IMG/VR virus record: IMGVR_UViG_3300044295_000092
Span: 2,019 to 66,018 of that record
Length of the DNA: 64,000 nucleotides
Source: a virus
Lineage: Duplodnaviria > Caudoviricetes
Reading direction: 5' to 3' (one strand)
Shown: positions 1 to 8,950 of the stretch, one piece after another
How positions within the stretch are numbered: position 1 is the first letter of the stretch
Layout of the letters: the number at the start of each line of letters is the position of its first letter
Made by a program: the position numbers and the translations under genes
The notes under the pieces: generated by a model
The model's database searches: none
What the model saw: only the letters and a program-made list of their open reading frames with translations
What the model was told of the DNA's origin: nothing

Positions 1-7
1 AAAGTAC

Positions 8-36
8 TTGATTTATATAATAAATTAGTATATAGT
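8..36 (+). promoter_or_regulatory. Putative sigma70 promoter for the terminase operon
   Basis: TTGATT (8-13), 17-nt spacer, TATAGT (31-36), about 50 nt upstream of ATG 88. Confidence 0.5.
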
Positions 37-87
37 GCCGTCCAATAGCTGCAAAAATAAATTCAAGGATGTAAACAGCGACATTTT

Positions 88-669
88 ATGGCAATAACCA
101 TTATTCCAACGGCTAATGTGCCACTTCCTGACGACTTTGAGTCGGAAGAACCTACTACATTAGAACAAAAAGTCAAAGTAGCTGCTAAAACCATGCAAAT
201 TTTAGATGAAGCAGGGGCAGAAATCCCAGTTTCTACACAAGAAAAGCAAGAAGCTGAAGAAATATTTAAAAATTTTACAAATCCAGACATAACTGCTCCA
301 TTAAATGCTGCTACTAAGCAAGCTTTGAATGTTCCTGCTACAGTTCAGCATTTATATGCGATGTTATCGGACTATGATCATCAAGTTGTACAAGAAGCCG
401 TCCAATTGAGACGGTTTGTTACTAATAAACTAATAGAAGATGCAGGGTTATCAGATCCTAGACATAGATTGAAAGCATTAGAGTTACTTGGTAAGATAAG
501 TGATGTGGGTTTATTTTCAGAAAAAACAGAAATTACTGTTAAAAACTTATCACAAGAAGATTTAGAAGCTCAAATTAAAGCTAAGATGTATAAAATACTA
601 GGCAAGACTGCAGTTATTGATGCATCATTTGAAGTTGTTGAAACAAAAGACGTAACACCTGATATTTAA
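88..669 (+). CDS. Putative terminase small subunit
   Basis: 193-aa ORF immediately upstream of the large terminase. The call is positional; the helical 'RLKALELLGK' segment is typical of this slot. Confidence 0.5.
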   Translation: MAITIIPTANVPLPDDFESEEPTTLEQKVKVAAKTMQILDEAGAEIPVSTQEKQEAEEIFKNFTNPDITAPLNAATKQALNVPATVQHLYAMLSDYDHQVVQEAVQLRRFVTNKLIEDAGLSDPRHRLKALELLGKISDVGLFSEKTEITVKNLSQEDLEAQIKAKMYKILGKTAVIDASFEVVETKDVTPDI

Positions 670-670
670 T

Positions 671-2212
671 ATGGCGATACAAATACCAGGTGTCAGTGAA
701 GCTGATATAGATAAAGCGTTAGCTAATATTTCTGTTCTTCCTCCTCATGAGCAGATGCAGTTTTTAGCACAGCTAAATGAATTAGAGAAAACACAAGAAG
801 TATCACAAAGACAGACTACATTTTTAGAATTTGTTAAACATGTTTATCCAGGATACAAAGTAGGAGCTCATCATAAAAAACTTGCACAAATCTTTGAAGA
901 CATTGCTAACGGAAAAAAGAAACGAGTTATTGTTAACATTGCTCCGCGACACGGGAAATCCGAACTCATCTCATATTTGGCACCGGCTTGGTTTTTGGGT
1001 AAATACCCGGCTAAGAAGATTATTATGGCATCTCATACAGCTGACCTTGCAGTTAACTTTGGTCGACGTGTTCGTAACCTTGTGGGTAGTGATGCTTATA
1101 AAGATGTTTTTCCCGAAGTAGAGTTACAAGCTGATAGCAAATCCGCATCTCGCTGGGGAACTAATTTTAATGGGGAGTACTTTGCCATCGGTGTGGGGGG
1201 TGCTCTTGCTGGTCGTGGCGCCGATTTATTTATCATTGATGATCCTCACTCAGAACAGGATGCGAAGCTCGGACGTCCGGATGTTTTTCTACCTGCTTGG
1301 GAGTGGTTTCAGTCTGGTCCTATTCAGCGTCTTATGCCAGGCGGTGCTATTATTGTAGTGATGACTAGGTGGTCTAAGTTAGATTTGACGGGCCAAATAG
1401 TTAACCAAATGGTAAAAAATGAAGGCGTGGATGAGTGGGAAGTTGTTGAATTTCCAGCGATTATTGAAGACAAAGAAGGTAACGAAGCTTCACTATGGCC
1501 AGAGTTTTGGCCACTAGAAGAACTAAAAGCAAAGAAGGCTTCACTTGATATACGATATTGGAATGCGCAATACTTACAGAACCCAGTATCAGAAGAAGGT
1601 GCCCTCATCAAACGTGAATGGTGGAAGATATGGGATAAAGAAGATCCACCAAGTTGCGAGTTTACGATTATGGCGCTTGATGCAGCCCAAGAAGCTAACA
1701 CAAGGGCTGATTATAATTCGTTAACTACGTGGGGTGTCTTTTTTAACGAAGAAACCAATAATTATAATATAATACTGCTAAATGCAATAAAGAAACGTTT
1801 GGAATTTCCAGAACTCAAAGAACTTGTTCTAGAAGAATATAAAGATTGGGAACCCGACGCATTCATAGTAGAAAAGAAATCTAACGGAGCAGCTCTCTAT
1901 CAAGAGATGAGAAGGATGGGTGTTCCGATAGGAGAATTTACACCTGGAAAAGGGCAAGATAAGATTAGTCGCGTTAACTCTGTGGCAGACTTGTTTAGAT
2001 CAGGAATAGTATGGGCACCCGATAGACGTTGGGCACATGAACTGATTGAAGAGTGTAATGACTTTCCTGCAGGTGCTAACGATGACCAAGTGGATAGTAC
2101 AACATTAGCCTTGATGCGCTTCAGACAAGGTGGGTTCATTAGATTACCTAATGATGAACCTGATGAGATATATGGCTTCAAGAGTAGTAGAAACAGATTG
2201 TACTTAGTATGA
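671..2212 (+). CDS. terL: Terminase large subunit
   Basis: Walker A-like APRHGKS, Walker B FIIDDPH, coupling motif VMTRW, C-terminal RNase H-like nuclease (ALDAA...NDDQVDS). Confidence 0.95.
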   Translation: MAIQIPGVSEADIDKALANISVLPPHEQMQFLAQLNELEKTQEVSQRQTTFLEFVKHVYPGYKVGAHHKKLAQIFEDIANGKKKRVIVNIAPRHGKSELISYLAPAWFLGKYPAKKIIMASHTADLAVNFGRRVRNLVGSDAYKDVFPEVELQADSKSASRWGTNFNGEYFAIGVGGALAGRGADLFIIDDPHSEQDAKLGRPDVFLPAWEWFQSGPIQRLMPGGAIIVVMTRWSKLDLTGQIVNQMVKNEGVDEWEVVEFPAIIEDKEGNEASLWPEFWPLEELKAKKASLDIRYWNAQYLQNPVSEEGALIKREWWKIWDKEDPPSCEFTIMALDAAQEANTRADYNSLTTWGVFFNEETNNYNIILLNAIKKRLEFPELKELVLEEYKDWEPDAFIVEKKSNGAALYQEMRRMGVPIGEFTPGKGQDKISRVNSVADLFRSGIVWAPDRRWAHELIEECNDFPAGANDDQVDSTTLALMRFRQGGFIRLPNDEPDEIYGFKSSRNRLYLV

Positions 2213-2379
2213 TTGTATATAGTGTCAAAGGTTTGTTTGATGGGCGTAAACGAAAAGTATGTAGAAGAATGTCAGACAAAAGCAAAAGAGTATATGCTAA
2301 GTTACATAAATACAGAAAAATGTGGTGGCATTTTAAAACAAGATGGGACCCGAACACGGACGAATTAACAGAGGAATAG
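2209..2379 (+). CDS. Small basic hypothetical protein (56 aa, MIVYSVKGLFDGRKRKVCRR...ELTEE)
   Basis: Translated by hand. ATGA overlaps the terL stop and the ORF fills the gap to the portal. Below the ORF-track cutoff. Confidence 0.5.
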   Translation: MIVYSVKGLFDGRKRKVCRRMSDKSKRVYAKLHKYRKMWWHFKTRWDPNTDELTEE

Positions 2380-2382
2380 AAT

Positions 2383-4875
2383 ATGGCAGTGAATATAGAT
2401 AAAAGTGTAAGTCAAGCTCCAATGGGGTTAGAAGAATTAGCGAGTGCTCAACCAGACCTTGCTATTGAAATTGAAAATCCAGACTCAGTCACATTAGATG
2501 ATGGCAGTATGGAGATTACCATTGTGCCTGGTAAAGAAACTAATGATGAGTTTAATGCCAACCTTGCAGAGGATATGGATGAAGGACAACTTACAGAACT
2601 TGCAGGTGATCTTGTAGGTGAGTTTGATGCCGATGTTAATTCTAGAAAAGATTGGTTGACTACATACGTTGATGGTCTAGAGTTATTAGGATTAAAAGTA
2701 GAAGATAGAACAGAACCATGGCCTGGTGCATGTAACGTCTATCACCCACTCATGACTGAGGCATTAGTTAAATTCCAAGCGGAAACGATGATGGAAACAT
2801 TTCCAGCAGCGGGTCCTGTCAAAACAGTTATTATAGGTAAGCAGACAAAAGAAAAAGAAGAAGCAGCTGAACGTGTTAAAGAAGATATGAACTATCAGTT
2901 AACACAAGAGATGCCAGAATATAGACCTGAGCATGAAAGAATGTTATGGGGTCTAGGTTTAGCTGGTAATGCGTTTAAGAAAGTTTACTATGATCCGTCT
3001 CTAGAACGTCAAGTTTCGATGTATGTGCCAGCAGAAGATATTGTAGTCCCATATGGTGCGTCATCATTAGAAACTGCAGAACGTGTAACACACGTCATGC
3101 GTAAAACTAAAAATGAGTTACGTAAATTACAAGTAGCTGGGTTCTACCGTGATGTTGACTTAGGAGATCCGTTTATTGATATTGACGAAGCTGAACGTCG
3201 TATCGCTGAGAAATTAGGGTTCAACCCAACAGAAGATGATCGATATAAAATCCTTGAGATGCACGTTAATATCGACTTAGAAAATGGTGATAGTGAAGAT
3301 GGTATAGCACTGCCTTATGTTGTTACGATTGAAAAAGGTACAGGTACCATATTATCTATTAGACGTAATTGGAACCCAGATGATAAAAAGAAATTAAAAC
3401 GTAACCACTTCGTTCACTATGGTTACATTCCTGGATTTGGTTTTTATTGCTTTGGCTTGATCCACCTGATAGGAGCTTTCGCGAAGTCAGGGACAATGAT
3501 TCTACGTCAACTTGTAGATGCCGGTACATTATCTAATCTACCAGGTGGTATGAAGTCAAGAGGCTTAAGAATTAAAGGTGATGACACACCTATTGCTCCA
3601 GGTGAATGGAGAGATGTAGATGTACCATCAGGTGCTATACGTGACAACATCTTACCACTACCGTACAAAGAACCTTCACAAGTATTGCAAAGTTTGATGA
3701 ATCAGATTATTGAAGAAGGTCGTAGATTTGCATCTGCTGCTGATATGAAAGTATCTGATATGTCAGCTAATTCACCAGTAGGTACAACATTAGCGATTCT
3801 TGAAAGAACTCTTAAAGTCATGTCTGCAGTTCAAGCTCGTGTTTACTATGCGATGAAACAAGAGTTTAAATTACTTAAAGGCATTATTAGAGATTACACG
3901 CCAGAAGAATATAATTATGATCCTGAAATAGGTGACAGACGTGCTAAACAAGCTGATTATGATAATGTAGATGTTATACCTGTATCAGATCCTAATGCTG
4001 CTACAATGTCTCAAAAAGTTGTACAGTATCAAGCAGTTATGCAAATGGCTGCACAATATCCACAGATTTATGATTTAGCTGAACTTAATAAACAAATGTT
4101 AGAAGTTTTAGGTGTTAAGAATATTGGTAAATTAATCCCATCAGCTGACGATCAAAAACCAAAAGATCCTGTAACAGAAAATATGGATATTATTAATGGT
4201 AAACCAGCTAAAGCATTTATTTACCAAGATCATCAAGCACATATTCAAGTTCATATGGCTGCTATGCAAGATCCAAAAATTCAACAAATGGTTGGACAAA
4301 ATCCACAAGCTCAAACAATACAAGCTGCAGCAATGGCACATATTAATGAGCATGTAGCCTTTGAATATAGAAAACAAATTGAAGAACAACTTGGTGTACC
4401 ACTTCCAGAAATGGATGAAACACTACCTGAAGATGTTGAAGTAGAAATTTCTAAATTAATGGCAGCAGCTGCATCTAAATTATTAGCTAAAGATCAGTCT
4501 GAAATTCAACAACAACAAATTCAACAACAGCAACAAGACCCACTCATTCAATTACAACAGCAAGAACTTGAATTAAAAGCTAGAGATATAGCTATTAAAG
4601 AGAAGAAAACAGCGGCTGATATTGAAGCTGAAAACAAACGTCTTGAACTTGAAAACAAACGTATTGATTCTCAAGAAAGAGTTGCTGGAGCTCAACTTGG
4701 TGCTAAAGTTGTAACAGATCATCAAAGAATTAATGTTGAAGATCAACGTAATAAAGTTCAACAAGCTGCTGATGGTATGCGAATTGGTGTTGAAGCAGAA
4801 AGACAAAAGAAAGAACATTCACATCGACAAGAACAACTAAATTTACAAAGGGAATCTAAACAACCTAAGGAGTAA
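2383..4875 (+). CDS. Portal protein
   Basis: 830 aa directly after terL, podovirus-type portal length, Q-rich coiled-coil C-terminus like the P22 portal barrel. Confidence 0.85.
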   Translation: MAVNIDKSVSQAPMGLEELASAQPDLAIEIENPDSVTLDDGSMEITIVPGKETNDEFNANLAEDMDEGQLTELAGDLVGEFDADVNSRKDWLTTYVDGLELLGLKVEDRTEPWPGACNVYHPLMTEALVKFQAETMMETFPAAGPVKTVIIGKQTKEKEEAAERVKEDMNYQLTQEMPEYRPEHERMLWGLGLAGNAFKKVYYDPSLERQVSMYVPAEDIVVPYGASSLETAERVTHVMRKTKNELRKLQVAGFYRDVDLGDPFIDIDEAERRIAEKLGFNPTEDDRYKILEMHVNIDLENGDSEDGIALPYVVTIEKGTGTILSIRRNWNPDDKKKLKRNHFVHYGYIPGFGFYCFGLIHLIGAFAKSGTMILRQLVDAGTLSNLPGGMKSRGLRIKGDDTPIAPGEWRDVDVPSGAIRDNILPLPYKEPSQVLQSLMNQIIEEGRRFASAADMKVSDMSANSPVGTTLAILERTLKVMSAVQARVYYAMKQEFKLLKGIIRDYTPEEYNYDPEIGDRRAKQADYDNVDVIPVSDPNAATMSQKVVQYQAVMQMAAQYPQIYDLAELNKQMLEVLGVKNIGKLIPSADDQKPKDPVTENMDIINGKPAKAFIYQDHQAHIQVHMAAMQDPKIQQMVGQNPQAQTIQAAAMAHINEHVAFEYRKQIEEQLGVPLPEMDETLPEDVEVEISKLMAAAASKLLAKDQSEIQQQQIQQQQQDPLIQLQQQELELKARDIAIKEKKTAADIEAENKRLELENKRIDSQERVAGAQLGAKVVTDHQRINVEDQRNKVQQAADGMRIGVEAERQKKEHSHRQEQLNLQRESKQPKE

Positions 4876-4879
4876 TTAA

Positions 4880-5074
4880 ATGAATCAACCGCTAGAGCTA
4901 TTATTGTCTCGAATAGCTGATAGACGCAAAACAATAGAAACAGGACTTATTGATGGGGCATCGAAAGATTATGCTCAGTATCAACATTCAGTGGGGTTTA
5001 TACAAGGTCTTACCACTGCTGAATCCATAATAAAAGACTTTGCAAAACAAATGGAGACATATGACGATGAGTGA
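4880..5074 (+). CDS. Hypothetical protein (64 aa)
   Basis: Strong SD AAGGAG, tightly packed between portal and co-chaperonin. Confidence 0.7.
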   Translation: MNQPLELLLSRIADRRKTIETGLIDGASKDYAQYQHSVGFIQGLTTAESIIKDFAKQMETYDDE

Positions 5075-5510
5075 CATACTCACAATGAATAAAGATCTGG
5101 TAGATGCATCTGGTCGACCGATTAATATTCCAGTAGTAAATGATGTAAAAGCGGAAGACATTCCGATTGAAGAAAGAGGTTTGCAATTACCAGAACCTCA
5201 AGGTTACAGAATTTTATGTGCAATTCCAGATGCATCGGATACATATGAAAGTGGTTTAGCGAAAGCTGGCCAAACAAAACATATAGAAGAACATTCCACT
5301 GTAGTGTTATTTGTAGTGAAAATGGGTAATCTATGTTATCAAGATCCAGTTAGATTTCCAACGGGTCCATGGTGTAAAGAGGGTGATTTTGTATTGACAC
5401 GTGCTTATGCAGGTACTCGATTCAAAATCCACGGAAGAGAATTCCGCATTATTAACGACGATACTGTAGAAGGTGTGGTGCAAGATCCACGCGGCTACAC
5501 TCGCGCATAA
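5061..5510 (+). CDS. GroES/Cpn10-like co-chaperonin
   Basis: PxGYRIL...SGL...VVKMG...KEGDFVL..AYAGT.FK..G.EFRIINDD.V.GVV follows the GroES pattern. Start moved to ATG 5061 after GGAG. Confidence 0.8.
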   Translation: MTMSDILTMNKDLVDASGRPINIPVVNDVKAEDIPIEERGLQLPEPQGYRILCAIPDASDTYESGLAKAGQTKHIEEHSTVVLFVVKMGNLCYQDPVRFPTGPWCKEGDFVLTRAYAGTRFKIHGREFRIINDDTVEGVVQDPRGYTRA

Positions 5511-5520
5511 GGAGAAATAA

Positions 5521-6570
5521 ATGGCTAATGTAAAACAAGATGGTATTGTTTTTGAATATCCAGATGATATGGATGTTCCTGGAGCGAAAGCTACTGATGA
5601 ACAAGAAGTTGATTTAAGCCCTAAGGATGTAGAACCTAAAAAAGAAGCTCCTAAGGTTGAAGCAAAGGTAGATAATTTTGATCTTGAAATAGAAGATGAT
5701 ACTCCTACACAAGATAGAAATCGTGAGCCTTTACCTAAAGAAGTTGTAGATGAATTAGAAAATGATCCATTGGATGATTATTCAGAAAGAGTTAAACAAC
5801 GTTTAGCTCAAATGAAAAAAGTCTGGCATGATGAAAGACGTGCTAAAGAAGCAGCAGATCGTGAAAGACAAGAAGCAATTAGGTTTGCACAACAAATTGC
5901 AGAGGACAATAAGAAGTTAAAAGCTACTTTGAGTTCTGGCGAATTAACCTATATTGAAACTTTGAAAAACGGTTTAGAGCATCAACTTAATTTAGCTAAA
6001 AGAGATTATCGAGAAGCTTATGATTCAGGTAATACTGAACAGATTATCGAAGCTCAACAAAAAATGAATGATGCACAGTTAAGACTGTCTCAAGCTCAAA
6101 ATTATAGACCTCAATACGAATCTTCTTTACAAGATGATAAAAATGAGGTATATATACCACAATTACAACAGCAGCCTCAAACCCCTGCTTTTAAACCAGA
6201 TTCTAAAGCTCTTGCCTGGCAAGAAAAGAATAATTGGTTTGGTAGTGATGAGGAAATGACAAGCTTAGCGCTTGGTCTGCATGAAAAATTGGTTAGAAGT
6301 GGGGTAAATCCTACATCTGATGAATATTATCGTCGTATTGATAGTACGATGCAAAAACGATTCCCAGAATACTTTGGGGATGCAACGCTAGACGAGGAAA
6401 CACCCGCCCAGCGCACAAAACCTTCGACTGTAGTTGCTCCGGCAACGCGTAGTACCGCGCCTAAAAAAGTACGTCTGACGAAGACACAAGTAGCGTTAGC
6501 CAAAAAATTTGGTCTAACACCGGAACAATATGCAAGAGAAACTTTAAAATTGGAGAACGCAAATGGATAA
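5521..6570 (+). CDS. Putative capsid scaffolding protein
   Basis: Acidic N-terminus, long coiled coil, C-terminal 'LTKTQVALAKKFGLTPEQYA' helix-turn-helix, upstream of capsid genes. Confidence 0.65.
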   Translation: MANVKQDGIVFEYPDDMDVPGAKATDEQEVDLSPKDVEPKKEAPKVEAKVDNFDLEIEDDTPTQDRNREPLPKEVVDELENDPLDDYSERVKQRLAQMKKVWHDERRAKEAADRERQEAIRFAQQIAEDNKKLKATLSSGELTYIETLKNGLEHQLNLAKRDYREAYDSGNTEQIIEAQQKMNDAQLRLSQAQNYRPQYESSLQDDKNEVYIPQLQQQPQTPAFKPDSKALAWQEKNNWFGSDEEMTSLALGLHEKLVRSGVNPTSDEYYRRIDSTMQKRFPEYFGDATLDEETPAQRTKPSTVVAPATRSTAPKKVRLTKTQVALAKKFGLTPEQYARETLKLENANG

Positions 6571-7021
6571 GCAAGTAGATACAAGACTAGATCGTGAACA
6601 AGAAACAAGAAGTGAGTTTATAAGACCTGATAGCTGGAAACCTGCATCATTATTACCTGAATTTAAAAAGGTACCTGGTTGGGCATATCGATGGATTAGA
6701 ACTAGTTTACTAAACGAAGCTGATAACATTAACGTTTCTACCAGAATGCGTGAAGGATGGGAACCCGTTAAATTAGCGGACCACCCTGAAATGAAACTAA
6801 TGGTTGACCAAAATTCTCGTTTTAAAGACGGAATTGAAATTGGTGGACTATTACTTTGTAAGATCCCAGAAGAGTTTGTTAATCAACGTAGTGCTTACTA
6901 TGAAAATCAAGCTAAGCAACAAGCGCAAGCAGTTGATAACAGCTTTATGAAACAGAATGATCCTCGTATGCCTCTCTTTGCTGAGAAAAAATCTACGACT
7001 TCATTCGGTAAAGGTAGTTAA
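6563..7021 (+). CDS. Head-morphogenesis region hypothetical protein
   Basis: Coupled ORF with SD, between scaffold and capsid genes. Confidence 0.6.
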   Translation: MDKQVDTRLDREQETRSEFIRPDSWKPASLLPEFKKVPGWAYRWIRTSLLNEADNINVSTRMREGWEPVKLADHPEMKLMVDQNSRFKDGIEIGGLLLCKIPEEFVNQRSAYYENQAKQQAQAVDNSFMKQNDPRMPLFAEKKSTTSFGKGS

Positions 7022-7045
7022 TTTTAAAAATTTAAGGAGATAATT

Positions 7046-7648
7046 ATGGCTTATCCAACAGTCAGTGCTCCGTACGGATTTGATCCAATTAACCGTTTTG
7101 ATGGTTTACCATATGCAGGTGCAACACAGTTGTATCCTGTAACAAGTGGTCAAGCTGTTTATAATGGTCAAGTGGTAGCATTCGTTGCGGGAGGCACAGT
7201 ATCACCTGTAGCAGACTTAACAGCAACAAGTATTTATGCTGTAGGTGTTTGCGTAGGTGTACAATACACAAACTCATTAGGTCAAACAGTACAAGCACAA
7301 TACGCACCAGCATCTGGTGTAACAAACGTTTATGCTTATGTTGTTAATGATCCAGCAGCTGAGTTTAAAGTAGCTGTAGTAAATGGTTCTGGCGTAGTAA
7401 CACCAGTAGCTGGCACACTACTTAACTCAAACGTAACAGGTTATACAGGCACAGGTTCTGCTACAACTGGTAATATCAATTCTGGTATTGTTGGTTCTAC
7501 AGCAAACTCTACTGCTACATTCTTGTTCCGTGTTACAGGTCTTGTTCCAGAATCTGTCAATACATCTGGTTTATACTCAGAAGTTATTGTTAAATTCAAT
7601 GGTTCATGGCATCAACAACTTTCAACAACTGGCACTGCCACAGCTTAA
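7046..7648 (+). CDS. Putative capsid decoration/minor capsid protein
   Basis: Beta-rich, small-residue 200-aa ORF with strong SD, directly before the MCP, with codon bias like the MCP. Confidence 0.6.
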   Translation: MAYPTVSAPYGFDPINRFDGLPYAGATQLYPVTSGQAVYNGQVVAFVAGGTVSPVADLTATSIYAVGVCVGVQYTNSLGQTVQAQYAPASGVTNVYAYVVNDPAAEFKVAVVNGSGVVTPVAGTLLNSNVTGYTGTGSATTGNINSGIVGSTANSTATFLFRVTGLVPESVNTSGLYSEVIVKFNGSWHQQLSTTGTATA

Positions 7649-7660
7649 GGAGAATAGAAC

Positions 7661-8575
7661 ATGGCAATTTCACGCGCTCAGCTCCTTAAGGAGCTATTAC
7701 CAGGCCTTAACGCATTATTCGGTTTAGAATATAAACGTTACGGTGAAGAACACAAAGAAATCTACGAAACTGAATCATCAGAACGTAGCTTTGAAGAAGA
7801 AACAAAACTTTCAGGTTTCTCAGCAGCACCAGTCAAAAACGAAGGCACTGCAATCGCTTATGACAATGCTCAAGAAGCTTGGACTGCACGATACAATCAT
7901 CAAACTATCGCTCTTGGTTTCTCTTTAACAGAAGAAGCTGTAGAAGATAACTTGTATGACACATTATCTGCACGTTACACAAAAGCTTTAGCAAGAGCTA
8001 TGGCTTATACAAAACAAGTTAAGGCTGCTGCAGTTCTTAATAATGGTTTCAACACTTCTGGTTCATACAACGGTGGTGATGGCGTATCATTATTCAACAC
8101 AGCTCACCCACTTGTTGGTGGCGGTACAAACAGCAACACTCAATCTACAGCTACAGACTTGAACGAAACAGCATTGGAAAATGCAGTTATTCAAATTGCA
8201 GCTTGGACTGATGAGCGTGGTCTCTTGATCGCTGCTCAACCACGTAAATTAGTTGTTCCACCAGCATTGCAATTCGTTGCAACTCGCTTGTTAGAAACTG
8301 AACTACGTGTAGCAACAGCTGATAACGACATCAATGCAATTAAGAACAATGGTTCTATCCCAGAAGGTTACACAGTTAACCACTTCTTAACAGATAGCAA
8401 CGCATATTTCTTAACAACTGATGTTCCTAACGGCATGAAACACTTTGAACGTATCCCATTATCAACATCTATGGACGGTGACTTTGATACTGGTAACGTA
8501 CGTTACAAAGCTCGTGAACGTTATAGCTTTGGTTGGTCAGATCCTCTCGGTATGTGGGGTTCACCAGGTGCTTAA
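7661..8575 (+). CDS. Major capsid protein (HK97 fold, Mu gpT-like family)
   Basis: 304 aa, strong SD, highly biased codons, motifs 'GDGVSLFNTAHP', 'KLVVPPAL', 'RERYSFGWSDP', followed by a terminator. Confidence 0.9.
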   Translation: MAISRAQLLKELLPGLNALFGLEYKRYGEEHKEIYETESSERSFEEETKLSGFSAAPVKNEGTAIAYDNAQEAWTARYNHQTIALGFSLTEEAVEDNLYDTLSARYTKALARAMAYTKQVKAAAVLNNGFNTSGSYNGGDGVSLFNTAHPLVGGGTNSNTQSTATDLNETALENAVIQIAAWTDERGLLIAAQPRKLVVPPALQFVATRLLETELRVATADNDINAIKNNGSIPEGYTVNHFLTDSNAYFLTTDVPNGMKHFERIPLSTSMDGDFDTGNVRYKARERYSFGWSDPLGMWGSPGA

Positions 8576-8600
8576 TTAGCAACTGGCTACGTACTACTAA

Positions 8601-8630
8601 GGGGCTTGCTTAAAACGCAGGCCCTTTTTT
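8601..8630 (+). terminator. Rho-independent terminator after the MCP
   Basis: GGGCTTGC-ttaaaac-GCAGGCCC followed by TTTTTT. Confidence 0.8.
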
Positions 8631-8670
8631 CATGGTTTTACGTAAGAATTAAATGCAAAAAAGTAATATA

Positions 8671-8699
8671 TTGACAACTGTATACATTGGGTATACAAA
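8671..8699 (+). promoter_or_regulatory. Putative sigma70 promoter for pqqA with overlapping palindromic operator
   Basis: TTGACA (8671-8676), 17 nt, TACAAA (8694-8699). Perfect inverted repeat TGTATAC-N5-GTATACA at 8679-8697. Confidence 0.6.
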
Positions 8700-8716
8700 A
8701 ATTTAAGGAGAATATT

Positions 8717-8794
8717 ATGAAAGCATGGACAAAACCAGCAGCAACTGAAATGAGATTTGGCTTTGAAGTTACTATGTACGTGATGAATAAGTAA
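8717..8794 (+). CDS. pqqA: Pyrroloquinoline quinone precursor peptide PqqA (MKAWTKPAATEMRFGFEVTMYVMNK)
   Basis: Hand translation gives the PqqA signature W-x-x-P...R-x-G-F-E-V-T-x-Y with E-x3-Y (E17/Y21). SD TAAGGAG lies 6 nt upstream and there is a double TAA stop. Confidence 0.95.
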   Translation: MKAWTKPAATEMRFGFEVTMYVMNK

Positions 8795-8800
8795 TAAATT

Positions 8801-8821
8801 AGGGGCTTCGGCCCCTTTTTT
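8801..8821 (+). terminator. Rho-independent terminator after pqqA
   Basis: AGGGGC-TTCG-GCCCCT followed by a T-tract (cUUCGg tetraloop). Confidence 0.9.
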
Positions 8822-8833
8822 ATGATATAATGC

Positions 8834-8861
8834 TTGTAAATAATATCAATTTTGGTATTAT
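8834..8861 (+). promoter_or_regulatory. Putative promoter restarting late transcription
   Basis: TTGTAA (8834-8839), 16 nt, extended -10 TGG-TATTAT (8853-8861), just downstream of the pqqA terminator. Confidence 0.45.
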
Positions 8862-8869
8862 TTGGGAAT

Positions 8870-8945
8870 CCGGGTTACCCGGTTTATTAGACTGTCCCGG
8901 CAGACGCATATAAGACTAATAAGCCTAACTTTATATGAAGGAAAA
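8870..8945 (+). ncRNA. Candidate structured (pseudoknotted) 5' leader RNA
   Basis: 10-bp stem 8881-8890/8916-8925. Loop segment CATATAA (8907-8913) is complementary to TTATATG (8931-8937), which abuts the SD. Confidence 0.5.
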
Positions 8946-8950
8946 ATATT

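Noticed and set aside
2210-2368. Possible TGA read-through extending TerL by ~50 codons
   Set aside because: The frame stays open, but TerL already ends at a typical position. The ATGA-coupled 56-aa ORF explains the gap, and TGA is a normal stop elsewhere.
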